A DNA stretch of 64,000 bases from an uncultured delta proteobacterium (GTDB taxonomy: Bacteria; Desulfobacterota; RBG-13-43-22), in the NCBI GenBank assembly GCA_963802945.1, contig CAWDKY010000017.1, positions 64,001 to 128,000 on the forward strand, read 5' to 3'. A model generated the notes under the pieces. It was given only the letters and a program-made list of their open reading frames with translations, searched no databases and was not told the DNA's origin. The position numbers and the translations under genes were made by a program. This document shows positions 9,864-22,714 of the stretch, piece by piece (the first letter of the stretch is position 1; each line of letters begins with the position of its first letter).

Positions 9864-11507
9864 TTATTTCTGGGGGCGGATTTCTTTTTGTCTGAGCTTA
9901 TGATGATAGGTCAGGGCAAATCGATGGGCCTCATCCCGGACCCTTTCCAGAAAATGCAAAAGGTGCGAATCCGATGATAACCGGACCGGGTTTTTTCGGT
10001 TGGGCAGATAGATGCCGTCTTTCCCTCCCTGGGGCCGAAAGGTCTTTTTGGCCAAAGCCAGGATATCCGGTCTCTGTTCGTCGGAGATTTTTCCTATAAT
10101 GTTTTTCAAGATATTTAACTGGCCTTTTCCCCCGTCTACCAGGATCAGGTCAGGCAGTTTCGGGCTATGACCGACCAGTCTTCCGATCATCTCTGCCATC
10201 ATGGCATAATCATTGGGCTGGTCGATGGTTTTGATCCGGAAACGGCGATAGCTGTTTTTGTCCGGTTGTCCTTGGTTGAAAACCACAAAAGATCCCACGG
10301 CCAGGTCTCCCTGGATATTGGATATGTCCATAGCTCCAACAGTGAGAGGAAGGGTCTTCAAACCCAACCTTTCCTGAAGGGCCTGGGCTGTTTTTTCCTG
10401 ATATTCCTGGGCAGGTTCTTTTTTCTCCAGAAAACTTCTACAATTCTCTTCGGCCAGGTTCATCCAGGACCGTCCTTCTCCCCGGCTGGGTATTCGCAAC
10501 ACGACTTTTTGCCCTTTTGTTTCGGAAAGGACCTCTTCTATCAGTGAGCCGTCTTCCGGGGGGAAAGGGATCAAGATGGTTTGAGGAATATATTTTCCTC
10601 CTTGATAATACTGTTGAATCAAATCGGCCAGACATTCCTCAAGAGACTGGGCCGGATTTTTGAATCGGAAGCGGGTCATGCCAGTCACCGAACCCAGCCG
10701 GATGAAAAGGATAACGGCCGCTACGGCCGGACCTTGTTCGACCAAGGCAATGACATCGACGTCAATAAAGCGGGTGGAGACGACCTTTTGTTCTTTCAAA
10801 GTTTCCGAAATAGCCTGGATGCGATCCCTTAAGACAGCCGCTTCTTCAAACCGCAATTCCTCCGATGCCTGGTGCATCTGGTTTTTAAGATCCCTCAATA
10901 AATCCCGGTTTCTTCCTTCCAGAAAAAAGACGACCTCCCGGACCCGACGGCCGTATTCCTCCTGACTGATTTTGTTATGGCAGGGGCCGGGGCACTTTCC
11001 GGTTTGGAAATAAAGGCAGGGGCGCGACCGTCGGGGAAGTTCTTTTTGTCGGCATTGACGAAGGGGGAAGACCCTTTGCAGATATTCAACCGTGGCCCGC
11101 ATCTTTCCGGCAGAAGAAAACGGGCCGAAATAGACGGCCCTGTCCTTCTTGATCCGCCGGACAACTTGCAGGCGCGGATAGGGCTCTTCCAAGCCGAGTC
11201 TTAGACAAGGGTATTGTTTGTCGTCCCTAAGATCCACGTTGTAGCGGGGGCGATGTTTTTTAATCAGATTGCTCTCTAAGATCAAGGCCTCTTTTTCATT
11301 GGCCGTGATTATATATTCCAGTCCTTCCACCCGTTCGAGCAGGGAGGCGGTTTTTACATTTTCGATTTTTAAATAGGAGGTCACCCGCTTCTTTAAGTCC
11401 TTGGCCTTGCCCACGTAAAGGATCCGGCCCTCCTGATCTTTCATCAGATAGACCCCGGCCTGGTGGGGGAAGGGGGACATCAGAAGCTTTATTTTTTGAA
11501 GATCCAT
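9864..11507 (-). CDS. uvrC: Excinuclease ABC subunit C (no C-terminal HhH domain)
   Basis: GIY-YIG GVYLM..YVGKAKDL, UVR motif LRFEEAAVLRD, DISN, DGGKGQL and RDEAHRFA. Confidence 0.95.
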   Translation of the reverse strand: MDLQKIKLLMSPFPHQAGVYLMKDQEGRILYVGKAKDLKKRVTSYLKIENVKTASLLERVEGLEYIITANEKEALILESNLIKKHRPRYNVDLRDDKQYPCLRLGLEEPYPRLQVVRRIKKDRAVYFGPFSSAGKMRATVEYLQRVFPLRQCRQKELPRRSRPCLYFQTGKCPGPCHNKISQEEYGRRVREVVFFLEGRNRDLLRDLKNQMHQASEELRFEEAAVLRDRIQAISETLKEQKVVSTRFIDVDVIALVEQGPAVAAVILFIRLGSVTGMTRFRFKNPAQSLEECLADLIQQYYQGGKYIPQTILIPFPPEDGSLIEEVLSETKGQKVVLRIPSRGEGRSWMNLAEENCRSFLEKKEPAQEYQEKTAQALQERLGLKTLPLTVGAMDISNIQGDLAVGSFVVFNQGQPDKNSYRRFRIKTIDQPNDYAMMAEMIGRLVGHSPKLPDLILVDGGKGQLNILKNIIGKISDEQRPDILALAKKTFRPQGGKDGIYLPNRKNPVRLSSDSHLLHFLERVRDEAHRFALTYHHKLRQKEIRPQK

Positions 11508-11537
11508 GTCAGGGAATGGTTGGGAAAGATTAGAAGT

Positions 11538-11915
11538 TTATTGATTCAGAAATCGGCTTAGGTCGAAGAGTTCCTTTTGAATATCTTTCAGTAAAGGTTC
11601 CAAACCGTCGGTCTTGGGTAGGGTTTCTTCTTTTTTTTCTAACGTTTTCTTTTCTTTTTGTTCTTTGGAATTCTGGAGCAGTTTTTTCCGTGCCCCGGCT
11701 ATGGTAAATCCTTCCTGGTACAATAATTTTTTAATTTCCAGGATGATCTCAACATCTTTTCGGCGGTACATACGCTGATTAGAGCCGAACCGGACCGGGC
11801 GGATCATTTTGAATTCGGTTTCCCAATACCGGAGGACATAGGCTTCCAAGTGGGTCAGGTCACTCACTTCACCGATTTTGAAGTATTGTTTGTCGGGAAT
11901 TCCCTCAGTTTCCAT
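11538..11915 (-). CDS. MerR-family transcriptional regulator
   Basis: [35 protein letters not shown]; usual position downstream of pheT. Confidence 0.9.
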   Translation of the reverse strand: METEGIPDKQYFKIGEVSDLTHLEAYVLRYWETEFKMIRPVRFGSNQRMYRRKDVEIILEIKKLLYQEGFTIAGARKKLLQNSKEQKEKKTLEKKEETLPKTDGLEPLLKDIQKELFDLSRFLNQ

Positions 11916-12029
11916 AGAGCTCCCCCGTTGGATTATGATCAAACCCTCATTTTCGTACTATTATGAACCTATCGCCCTATGAATTCAATAAAATTCATAT
12001 CGAATCCAAAGGAAATGGATTGATCCCGA

Positions 12030-14447
12030 TCATCTTTCCCGCAAGGTGGCCCCGAATTTTTCAAGAACCTTTTTCAACAATTTTTCATGGATCGCATTGA
12101 CCAATTCATCCGACAAGGTTTTTTCCGGAGAACGGTAATGGATTCGAACCCCTAGATTCTTTTTTCCTGCGGGAATCGGTTTTCCGGAATAGAGGTCGAA
12201 GAGCTCGATTTCTTCGATGAGGGGTTCTTTCAGGGAAAGGATTTCATCCTGGATCTCTTTCCAAAGGATATTTTCATTGAGGATCAAGGCCATATCCCGG
12301 GTAATCTCCGGAAACCTGGGCCAGGATTTGAACTGGGGAACATCCCTAATTTTTGAGATGAGCAGATCCACATCCAAATCAAAAATGAAGGCCGTTTCTT
12401 TTAATTCGAACTGAGACCGGACCTGGGGTGATATTTCTCCCATCTCCCCGATTCGGTCATCCTGACAGTAAACCTCTATATACCTGTCCTGGGCAAAATA
12501 AGCAGACGGAGTTGCAGCCAGGAAGGAATAATTCTCGGCTCTTAATGTTTCCAATAAAGTTTCCAACACCCCTTTTAAATCATAAAAATCAACCGGCTCA
12601 GACTTAAAATAATGAGACCTTGCATTGCGTCTTCCTGTCCATAGAGTGCACAGGCGATGGGTCTCTTGAGGTAAGGTGTTCAAATCAGGGAAGGCAGAAA
12701 AGACTTTCCCTAATTCAAAGATACGAAGGTCCAGATTTCTCTGGGTCCAATTCTTCATCACGGTGGTCAGCATCCCCGGAATCAGACTGATTCGCATAAC
12801 CGACTGATCTTCGGTAATGGGATTGCTGATCCTAACAAAGGGTGAGTTTCCGGAATATTTTGGATTTAAAAATAAGGAACTGAGCGATTCAGAACTAAAA
12901 CTATAGTTAATGACCTCATCAAACCCCTGGCCATTCAAAATTTCCTTGATCTGTTTGCGGACAGAAATGGTCTTGGGTTCCTTTCGGCTTTTGGATGAAG
13001 CCGTGGGGATGGTCACCGGAATCTGGTCGTAGCCTATCAGGCGGGCCACTTCTTCTATCAAATCCACCGGGCGGGTCAGGTCACGGCGGAATGAGGTTGG
13101 GGTGACTTCTACCAGATCTTTTTCTTTGATGACCGTCTTCAAGCCCAAGGACTGGCTGATTTCCGCGGCCTTTTCAGCCGAGACCTCCAAGCCCAAAAAC
13201 CGACTGGTCTTCCGGGTATTAAGGGCAATCGGTTTGATTACCAGGGGCTGAGGATACTCATCGATCCAGCCGGGGACGATCTCCCCCCCGGCCAATTCAC
13301 GGATCAACAGGGCGGCCCGGTCATTAGCCTTAAGGACCCCTTCGATGTCCACTCCCCGTTCAAAGCGCATGGAGGCCTCGGAGGACAAAGAAAGTTTTTT
13401 GGCTGTCCGGCGGATACAACGGGGTTCAAAATAAGCGCTTTCTAGGAGGATATTTTGAGTTGAATCCTGGATCTCAGTATTCAATCCCCCCATTATTCCA
13501 GCCAGGGCTACCCCTTTCTCTCCATCGGCAATAACCAGCATTTCCGGTGTCAGATCGCGTTCCTGCCCATCCAGCGTGGTCATTTTTTCATTGGGTTCAG
13601 CTATGCGAACCACAATCCGCCTCCCTGCCAACGTATCATAATCAAAGGAATGAAGGGGCTGCCCGTATTCCATCAAAACGAAATTAGTAACATCAACCAC
13701 ATTATTGATGCTCCGAATACCTACGGAAAGAAGACGGTTGCGCAGCCATGAAGGGGAAGGGCCTATGGTAACGCCGCGGACCAATCGAGCGGAGTACCGT
13801 GGGCACAAATTCGGTGCTAGTATTGTTACAGAAGCCTCTTCCTTGATTGCATTTCCCGTTGGGGCAGCGGAAAGATCCGGAAGTTTCAAAGGACGTTTGA
13901 AAATGGCTGAAATTTCCCGGGCAATTCCGATATGGCTTAGACAATCCCCCCTGTTGGGAGTGATATTGACTTCCAATAAAGTGTCTTCCAATCCCAAGGC
14001 CTTGCTTATGGGCGAGCCTAAGGGAATCCCCTCCGAAAGAATCATGATCCCAGTATGATCATCCGATAATCCCATTTCTCGTTCCGAGCAAAGAGTACCT
14101 GGAGAAACGATACCTCTTATGGTGGCCACCTGGACTTCCATCCCTGAAGGCAGCCGGCTTCCGGGTAAGGCCACGGGCACCAGTATCTCAGGCCGTACAT
14201 TGGGCGCCCCGCAAACTAAATCAAGGGTTTCTGAACCGGTAGCGACCTTACAGATGGTAAGACGATCAGCCTGGGGATGTTTTCGGACTTCCAGTATCTT
14301 CCCTACGACGAGAGATTCCAATTCCCGCCCGATAGGAAGAACCGCTTCCACCTCCAGGCCGGCCATAGTCAAGCCATGGGCCAGGTCATCCACGGAAAGG
14401 CCGGATAAATCCACATATTCCTTTAGCCAGTTGATGGTAACTTTCAT
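12030..14447 (-). CDS. pheT: Phenylalanine--tRNA ligase beta subunit
   Basis: HPQADRL, CGAPN, TPNRGDCLS and RFERGVD motifs; C-terminal FDX-ACB domain. Confidence 0.97.
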   Translation of the reverse strand: MKVTINWLKEYVDLSGLSVDDLAHGLTMAGLEVEAVLPIGRELESLVVGKILEVRKHPQADRLTICKVATGSETLDLVCGAPNVRPEILVPVALPGSRLPSGMEVQVATIRGIVSPGTLCSEREMGLSDDHTGIMILSEGIPLGSPISKALGLEDTLLEVNITPNRGDCLSHIGIAREISAIFKRPLKLPDLSAAPTGNAIKEEASVTILAPNLCPRYSARLVRGVTIGPSPSWLRNRLLSVGIRSINNVVDVTNFVLMEYGQPLHSFDYDTLAGRRIVVRIAEPNEKMTTLDGQERDLTPEMLVIADGEKGVALAGIMGGLNTEIQDSTQNILLESAYFEPRCIRRTAKKLSLSSEASMRFERGVDIEGVLKANDRAALLIRELAGGEIVPGWIDEYPQPLVIKPIALNTRKTSRFLGLEVSAEKAAEISQSLGLKTVIKEKDLVEVTPTSFRRDLTRPVDLIEEVARLIGYDQIPVTIPTASSKSRKEPKTISVRKQIKEILNGQGFDEVINYSFSSESLSSLFLNPKYSGNSPFVRISNPITEDQSVMRISLIPGMLTTVMKNWTQRNLDLRIFELGKVFSAFPDLNTLPQETHRLCTLWTGRRNARSHYFKSEPVDFYDLKGVLETLLETLRAENYSFLAATPSAYFAQDRYIEVYCQDDRIGEMGEISPQVRSQFELKETAFIFDLDVDLLISKIRDVPQFKSWPRFPEITRDMALILNENILWKEIQDEILSLKEPLIEEIELFDLYSGKPIPAGKKNLGVRIHYRSPEKTLSDELVNAIHEKLLKKVLEKFGATLRER

Positions 14448-14562
14448 ATCAAAACCTTATGGCTCTGGTGAGACGATATAAGACAACACAAAAAAGATTC
14501 CACGTTTGGAGTGCTTCAATCCTGCCGCAGACGGGACTTGAATCCTGGAATCCTTTTTCAAT

Positions 14563-15570
14563 TTAAAATTGTTTTAAAAACCTCTGGTCGTTTTCAAAAA
14601 ACATCCGGATATCATCGATCCCATACCTGAGCATGGCAATCCGTTCCACTCCCATGCCAAAAGCAAAACCGGTTACCTGGTCAGGATCATAGCCAACCAT
14701 CTTATATACTTCAGGATCGATCATGCCGGATCCCAGGATCTCCAGCCACCCGGTCTGAGAACAAACCCGGCATCCTGATCCCTTGCAAATGACACAGCCA
14801 ATGTCCACTTCGGCGCTGGGTTCGGTAAAAGGGAAAAAGCTGGGGCGGAAACGAAGCGGGGTCTCCTCCCCAAACATCTGATGAACGAAAAGGGTCAGGA
14901 TCCCTTTCAGGTCTCCAAGACTGATATCATCTCCGACCATAAAGCCCTCCACCTGATGAAACATGGGGGTATGAGAGATGTCCGAATCTCGACGATAAAC
15001 CTTACCCGGTGCGATGACCCGCAGAGGAGGAGGATTTTTTTCCATGACCCTGACCTGTAAGGGGGAAGTATGGGTTCGTAGCAGAATGGTATCTGAAACA
15101 TAAAAGGTGTCCTGCATGTCGCGGGCCGGATGATCCGGAGGGATATTCAGGGCTTCAAAGTTATAGTAATCCAATTCGACTTCCGGCCCTTCAACCAATT
15201 CAAAATTCAGGCGGGAAAATATAGTACAGATATCCTCCATGGTCTGGCTAATAGGATGTCTTCGTCCCCGAATGGTTTTTCTTCCTGGAAGACTCCAGTC
15301 AAACCTGGATAAAACAGCTCCCCCTTTCCCGGAGAAGGCCTCTTTCTTTTGTTTGAAAAGCCCTTCCAGTATCCCTTTTAGCCGATTGGCTTCCTGTCCG
15401 ACCAAGGGTCTTTCCTCTGGCGAAATGGTCCCCAGTTCTCGTAAGCACTGAGTCAATTCCCCTTTTCGCCCCAGAAACCGTATCTGCAAGGCCTCCAGAT
15501 CTGCTATGGAGGTCACCCGGCCCAATTCTTCCCTGACTTGGGTTTCCAATGTTTTTAATTTGGATAACAT
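14563..15570 (-). CDS. pheS: Phenylalanine--tRNA ligase alpha subunit
   Basis: [26 protein letters not shown] and [10 protein letters not shown] motifs. Confidence 0.98.
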   Translation of the reverse strand: MLSKLKTLETQVREELGRVTSIADLEALQIRFLGRKGELTQCLRELGTISPEERPLVGQEANRLKGILEGLFKQKKEAFSGKGGAVLSRFDWSLPGRKTIRGRRHPISQTMEDICTIFSRLNFELVEGPEVELDYYNFEALNIPPDHPARDMQDTFYVSDTILLRTHTSPLQVRVMEKNPPPLRVIAPGKVYRRDSDISHTPMFHQVEGFMVGDDISLGDLKGILTLFVHQMFGEETPLRFRPSFFPFTEPSAEVDIGCVICKGSGCRVCSQTGWLEILGSGMIDPEVYKMVGYDPDQVTGFAFGMGVERIAMLRYGIDDIRMFFENDQRFLKQF

Positions 15571-15625
15571 GGCAATAATCTTATTTGGATAGAAGTTAGG
15601 ATTAGATCCAAAGGAGGATCAAGCC

Positions 15626-15976
15626 TTAAGATTGGGAAACCTTCTGGACCAGAGAGGCAAACCTTTCCGGATCTCGAGCTGCCATTTCGGATAAAACCTT
15701 ACGATCCAAACCGATGCCGGCTTTTTTCAAGGCTCCCATAAAACGACTGTAGGAAATGCCATTATTCTTGGCGGCTGCGCTGATTCTTACAATCCATAAC
15801 CCTCGAAACTCCCTTTTGCGAACCCGCCGATCCCGGTAGGCATATTTCAGAGACCGGTCCACGGCCTCAGTGGCTGTTTTAAATAACCGGCTTCGCGCAC
15901 CGCGGTATCCTTTGGCCAATTTTAAGACCTTATTTCTTCTCCGCCTGGCCTTGAAGCCCCTTCTTACTCTGGGCAT
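15626..15976 (-). CDS. rplT: 50S ribosomal protein L20
   Basis: [36 protein letters not shown]. Confidence 0.98.
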   Translation of the reverse strand: MPRVRRGFKARRRRNKVLKLAKGYRGARSRLFKTATEAVDRSLKYAYRDRRVRKREFRGLWIVRISAAAKNNGISYSRFMGALKKAGIGLDRKVLSEMAARDPERFASLVQKVSQS

Positions 15977-16004
15977 GATTATTCACCTCATTTTTCAAAT
16001 ATTC

Positions 16005-16202
16005 TTAACTGTAGGGCAGCATCCTTTTGATGCCCCGAACATTGGCTGATTCCACCACAGCCGATTTTCTAAGACGCCGTTTTCTCTTGGTTGTTTTACT
16101 GGTTAAAATATGACTGCCAAAGGCCTTGGAACGGACAATTTTTCCATTCCCGGTGGTTTTGAAGCGCTTGGCAGCTCCCCGTTTGGATTTCATTTTCGGC
16201 AT
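16005..16202 (-). CDS. rpmI: 50S ribosomal protein L35
   Basis: [18 protein letters not shown]. Confidence 0.97.
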   Translation of the reverse strand: MPKMKSKRGAAKRFKTTGNGKIVRSKAFGSHILTSKTTKRKRRLRKSAVVESANVRGIKRMLPYS

Positions 16203-16283
16203 ACTGATACACTCCTTGATAAATACGTTCTCTTAAAGCAATCTTAAAACAAAAGGATAACGGAGGTTGTTACAAGTCAAATC

Positions 16284-16339
16284 GAGAGTTCAGAGTTCAA
16301 AGGTACCTGCTTCTACTCTGAACTAATTACTCCGAACTA
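16284..16339. repeat. Inverted array of degenerate heptamer repeats
   Basis: gagagtt cagagtt followed by actctgaact..actccgaact. Confidence 0.55.
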
Positions 16340-16362
16340 ATAAAGGCCTCTCGCCTCTTTTT

Positions 16363-16869
16363 TTATTTCGGTCCCAGTATCATGGTCATGTTTCGGCCTT
16401 CCAGTCTTGCTTCCTGTTCCACGGTAGCCAGGTCCTTGGTTTCCTCGACGACCCTGTTCAGGATATTTCTGGCTGCTTCCTGATATTGAATTTCTCGGCC
16501 CCGGAACATGAGAGAGATTTTGGTTTTATTTTTCTTCTCTAAAAATTTCCGAATGTTCTTCAGCTTGAACTGAAAATCGTGCTCTTCGGTTTTAGGTCGA
16601 AGTTTAACTTCTTTGACCTGTATGATCGTCCGGCGCTTTTTAGCTTCATGAACCTTTTTGGTTTGCTGGTATCTGAACTTACCATAATCCATGATCCGGC
16701 ATACAGGAGGATCCAATTGCGGGGCTACTTCAACCAGATCTAACCCTTGTTCTCTGGAAAGATTCAAGGCCTGGGATATGGGCAGGATACCAAGCTGAAC
16801 GCCTCCATCTCCGATGACTCGAACATTGGCGGCCCTGATCTCTTCGTTCACATTAACCGACTTAGCTAT
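16363..16869 (-). CDS. infC: Translation initiation factor IF-3 (probable ATA start)
   Basis: DLVEVAP..PPVCRIMDYGKFRY and MFRGRE motifs. SD GGAGG lies 8 nt before ATA 16869; the GTG and ATG options overlap or abut the SD. Confidence 0.95.
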   Translation of the reverse strand: MAKSVNVNEEIRAANVRVIGDGGVQLGILPISQALNLSREQGLDLVEVAPQLDPPVCRIMDYGKFRYQQTKKVHEAKKRRTIIQVKEVKLRPKTEEHDFQFKLKNIRKFLEKKNKTKISLMFRGREIQYQEAARNILNRVVEETKDLATVEQEARLEGRNMTMILGPK

Positions 16870-16888
16870 AACCATCACCTCCTAATTT

Positions 16889-16960
16889 AATTTCGAATTG
16901 TCGATTGCGGATTTTAGAATGTTTTTTACTCTGAATTCCGGAATCCGAAATCTGTAATCA
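16889..16960. repeat. Inverted array of degenerate heptamer repeats
   Basis: aatttcg aattgtc gattgcg gatttta followed by tctgaat tccggaa tccgaaa tctgtaa. Confidence 0.6.
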
Positions 16961-16967
16961 ATATTAA

Positions 16968-18888
16968 TTATTGTTTTCCCGGAACAGACTCTTCCTTTAT
17001 CTTTTCGATGAACTGGGGAACGGTCCATTTCCCCAGATTTTCTCCGCTGCGCGTTCTTGGGCTGACGGAATTCTGTTCTTCTTCTTTGTCTCCGATGACG
17101 ATCATGTAAGGAATTTTTTGCAGTTGGGCTTCACGGACCTTGAGCCCCAATTTTTCATTCCGTATATCCAATTCAGCCCGGATGCCGGCCTGGAGCAGAT
17201 TCTCAAACACCTTTTGACAATATGGGCCGTTACGATCGGTAACCGACAAGACAACGGCCTGTACCGGTGCCAGCCAGGTGGGAAAGGCCCCGGCAAAATG
17301 TTCGATCAAGACCCCGATAAACCGTTCCATGGCCCCTAGGATAACCCGATGAACCATGACCGGCCGGTGACGTTCTCCGTCCGCTCCGACATATTGCAGG
17401 TCAAATCTTTCCGGCAGGGTAAAATCACATTGAATAGTAGCACATTGCCATCGCCGATCCAGGGCATCTTTCAGTTTGATGTCGATTTTCGGTCCGTAAA
17501 AAGCCCCTTCCCCTTGACAAATGGAATAAGGCAATCCAGTGGTCTTAAGGGCGAGTATCAAGGCCTCGGTGGCCCGTTCCCAATCCTGATCGCTGCCGAT
17601 GGACTTTTCCGGACGGGTGCTGATCTCCACTTCGAAATCAAATTGAAAGATCTTCATCACCTCGGCTACAAAATTGAGCACTCCTCGAATTTCATCTTGA
17701 AGCTGGTCCGGAGTGCATATGATATGAGCATCGTCCTGAGTGAATTGACGGACGCGCATCAAACCATGCAAAACCCCGGATTTTTCGTGGCGATGAACCG
17801 TTCCCAGTTCAAAATAGCGCTTGGGGAGATCCCGATAACTCCGAACTTTTGATTTATAAATTATCATGTGGGCCAGACAATTCATAGGCTTTATGCCGTA
17901 ACCCTGCCCGTCGATCTCGGTAAAATACATCATCTCTCGGTAATTCTCAAAATGACCGGACTTTTTCCAGAGGTCGGACTTGAGTATCTGGGGACCGATG
18001 ACGATTTCATACCCCCGCTTCAAATGCTCTCTTTTTTCAAAATCTTCTAGGATGGTCCGGAGCATGGCCCCTTTGGGATGATAAATCACCAGTCCCGGGC
18101 CCACTTCATCATGAATACTGAAAAGGTCCAGTTCACGGCCCAATCGGCGGTGGTCGCGACGCCGGGCCTCTTCCAGACGAAACAAATGATCTTCTAATTC
18201 TTTTTTTTCAAAAAAAGCCGTCCCATAAATCCGCTGGAGCATAGGGTTTCTTTCATCTCCCCGCCAATAAGCCCCGGCAACATGAGTCAATTTATAAAAG
18301 CGGCTCCCGTCGGTTGAGGTCAGATGAGGACCGCGGCACATATCCACAAAATTCCCCTGACGATAGAGGGAAACCATAGGTCCTTCCAGTTGTTCCAGCA
18401 TCTCAACCTTGAAGGATTCCCCTTGAGATGAAAAAAGCCTAATGGCCTCTTCCCGGCGGAGTTCTTCTCGGGCGATGGGGATCTTTTGCCGGCTTAAAAT
18501 TTGCATTCGTTCCTCAATGCGAGGAAGGTCTTCTGGGAGTAAAAGGGTCTTTTTTAAAAAAATCGTAATAAAATCCTTGTTCAATGGCCGGACCGATGGC
18601 CAGTTTTACTTCCGGGAACAATTCCTTTACGGCCTGGGCCATCAAATGGGAGGTGGAATGGCGTAAAATCTCCAATCCTTCCGGTTCATTATCGTAAACC
18701 GGCTCTATTTTCCCTTCTTGAGACAACTTCCTCGTTAGGTCGATTAATTCCCCATCCAGACGGGCAGCAACAACCCTTTTCAAAGACCCTTTAATCCCTT
18801 TTTTCAGGGCTTCCTGGGCTTCGGTTTCTTTGGGAAAATTTAAGGAGGTCCCATCTGGAAAATTGATTTTAATTTCTTCAGGTTGCAT
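16968..18888 (-). CDS. thrS: Threonine--tRNA ligase, split by one indel near 18536 (probably an assembly error)
   Basis: N part: TGS domain, [19 protein letters not shown] part: [26 protein letters not shown]. The frames join at FTP/EDL. Confidence 0.95.
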
Positions 18889-18933
18889 GTCCTTGGATTC
18901 TAATTTTAATTAAATAGTAAAGAATAAACTTTT

Positions 18934-18962
18934 TATATACTAAGATTTTCCAATTATGTCAA
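18934..18962 (-). promoter_or_regulatory. sigma70-like promoter of the thrS operon
   Basis: TTGACA-17-TATATA on the minus strand, about 45 nt upstream of the thrS ATG. Confidence 0.55.
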
Positions 18963-18987
18963 ATAAATATTTGAAATTTGGATAGAA

Positions 18988-19269
18988 CTAATTATAGCGG
19001 ATCTGGAACGAATCGAATGCCCCACTATAGGGTCCAAGGTTGACTTCAACTTGTTCAACCTGGGAATAAGGGGACCCGCGCCAGCACCAAGCAACCATTT
19101 GATCCACTTTTTCTTTGTCTCCTTCAAAATAAGCCTCTACGCCCCCATCCCGAAGATTTCTAACCCAGCCAGTCAGCCCCAAAGAAAATGCTTCGTCCCG
19201 GGTAACAGCCCGGAAATAAACCCCTTGAACTCGGCCATGAATAACGACCTGGGCTGAAATTTTTTCCAT
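18988..19269 (-). CDS. acyP: Acylphosphatase
   Basis: GRVQGVYFR and GWVRNLRDG signatures. Confidence 0.93.
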   Translation of the reverse strand: MEKISAQVVIHGRVQGVYFRAVTRDEAFSLGLTGWVRNLRDGGVEAYFEGDKEKVDQMVAWCWRGSPYSQVEQVEVNLGPYSGAFDSFQIRYN

Positions 19270-19349
19270 AACGGGCTCCTAACCAAAAATCGAAAATTAA
19301 AAGGGTTCCTGGGATTAGCGTACCGTGACAGTAATCACTTTCCGAGATT

Positions 19350-19413
19350 GTTATTCCGGGCTTGACCCGGAATCCAGCCCTTTAAACTGGATTCCCGCTT
19401 TCGCGGGAAGAAC
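19350..19413. repeat. REP-like doublet palindrome
   Basis: GTTATTCCGGGCTTGACCCGGAATCCAG..CTGGATTCCCGCTTTCGCGGGAAGAAC: two inverted hairpin units of the GTCATTCCCGC...GGAATCCAG type. Confidence 0.7.
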
Positions 19414-19513
19414 GGCACAAGGTTTATTGTAAACCTGTTATTAATACACTTAGGTATTCAATGCCGCCACAGACGGAACTCGAATCCTGGTATCCTAGAA
19501 CACTATTAATTTA

Positions 19514-21547
<2,034 letters not shown>

Positions 21548-21563
21548 TTAGAAGTGTATCACA

Positions 21564-22616
21564 TTATGCTGGATTTGAAAAGCGAAAGGCTCGCAGCAAT
21601 CCAAAACACCCGCTAAGCATCATATTGCCAAAAGGGGCGGCCATAATCACCGGGGCATCGGCCAGCAATCTTCTTCTTGGCCCGGTGACGATCAGCGAAG
21701 GATATCGGTCCTCCCGTGGGGCAAAATTAAGACAGCCGTGCCCGCCATCTTGAAAGACCTGTTCATTGGTCAGTCGCCCGTCAATAAATTTTTCCAGATC
21801 AGTCATGAGTTTTTCTTTATTTAGAAAGAAGGTGTGATGCTCAAAAATTCCTCGGAGACGTCCTTCCATCATCCAAGCAGCTAGGGTGTGTTCATTGCCG
21901 ATATTGACAATGAGAGTATTAGGGGAGATCATTTTTTTTACTTTTTCATCCTCCATAGCCCCTAGAATAGCCGCCGCCCCGGTATCCATGACTTGGGCCT
22001 GAGGCCAGGTCTCCTGAACGGCCTTCATCCGGGTTAGATATGAAGGTATAGTCGAGTAAAGAAGGGTTTCCAAGGGTCGTTGGGAATTAATAAATTCTTC
22101 CCAGTGCTGAAAACGGAATTGCCGGTTGCTGTCTTGAGGCGCGAAGCCATGATCCTGAACAGCCACCAGACGGGTTTCAGGTAAAACCAGCCCGAAGGAT
22201 TCAAAAAGCCTGGTAAAGGCTGCCTCTTGAATATCTCCCATTTCGATCCTTACGGCCTCATCTGGTGCCGAGTCCGTTATTCGAACTCCCATTCTGGCCA
22301 CTTGGTCGAGATCGTCCCTGAGAGTTAGGGCTGCCTGGGAATGGGCATAAACCGGCAGACCCGTTTTTAGATGATCGCGAACAGCCTGAGAAGAGGCACC
22401 ACCGCCCATCAGATGGCCGGTCAAAAAGATGGCCTTCCGGGACAGGGTAGCCTGGTTGATCTTTCGAGCCGTCATAATCGTAGGTGAAGGCAGGACACAT
22501 TGCAACGCCTTTTCCAGGGACTCTCCTTCGGTCCAGATCAGCAGATCTTGTGTCCCTCCGCCGATATCCAGGGCCAGAATGCTTTTTTTGTTTTTTAATA
22601 TTGAGGATTGGTGCAT
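21564..22616 (-). CDS. DUF1786 family protein
   Basis: LALDIGGGTQD, MGGG, AVQDHG, MDTG, NIGNEHT and FEHHT motifs. Confidence 0.8.
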   Translation of the reverse strand: MHQSSILKNKKSILALDIGGGTQDLLIWTEGESLEKALQCVLPSPTIMTARKINQATLSRKAIFLTGHLMGGGASSQAVRDHLKTGLPVYAHSQAALTLRDDLDQVARMGVRITDSAPDEAVRIEMGDIQEAAFTRLFESFGLVLPETRLVAVQDHGFAPQDSNRQFRFQHWEEFINSQRPLETLLYSTIPSYLTRMKAVQETWPQAQVMDTGAAAILGAMEDEKVKKMISPNTLIVNIGNEHTLAAWMMEGRLRGIFEHHTFFLNKEKLMTDLEKFIDGRLTNEQVFQDGGHGCLNFAPREDRYPSLIVTGPRRRLLADAPVIMAAPFGNMMLSGCFGLLRAFRFSNPA

Positions 22617-22714
22617 TGATTTTTCTTTCTATTCATCCAACTCTGCCTTTCCTTCTTTTTCCTAATCCAAATCGATTCGCACATGTCCGCTCATGATAAT
22701 GAAGTCTTTATTTG

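Noticed and set aside
18514-18584. Programmed frameshift in thrS at the T/A runs
   Set aside because: The frame break maps to a CCC just past the runs, and similar indels affect several genes, so error is more likely.
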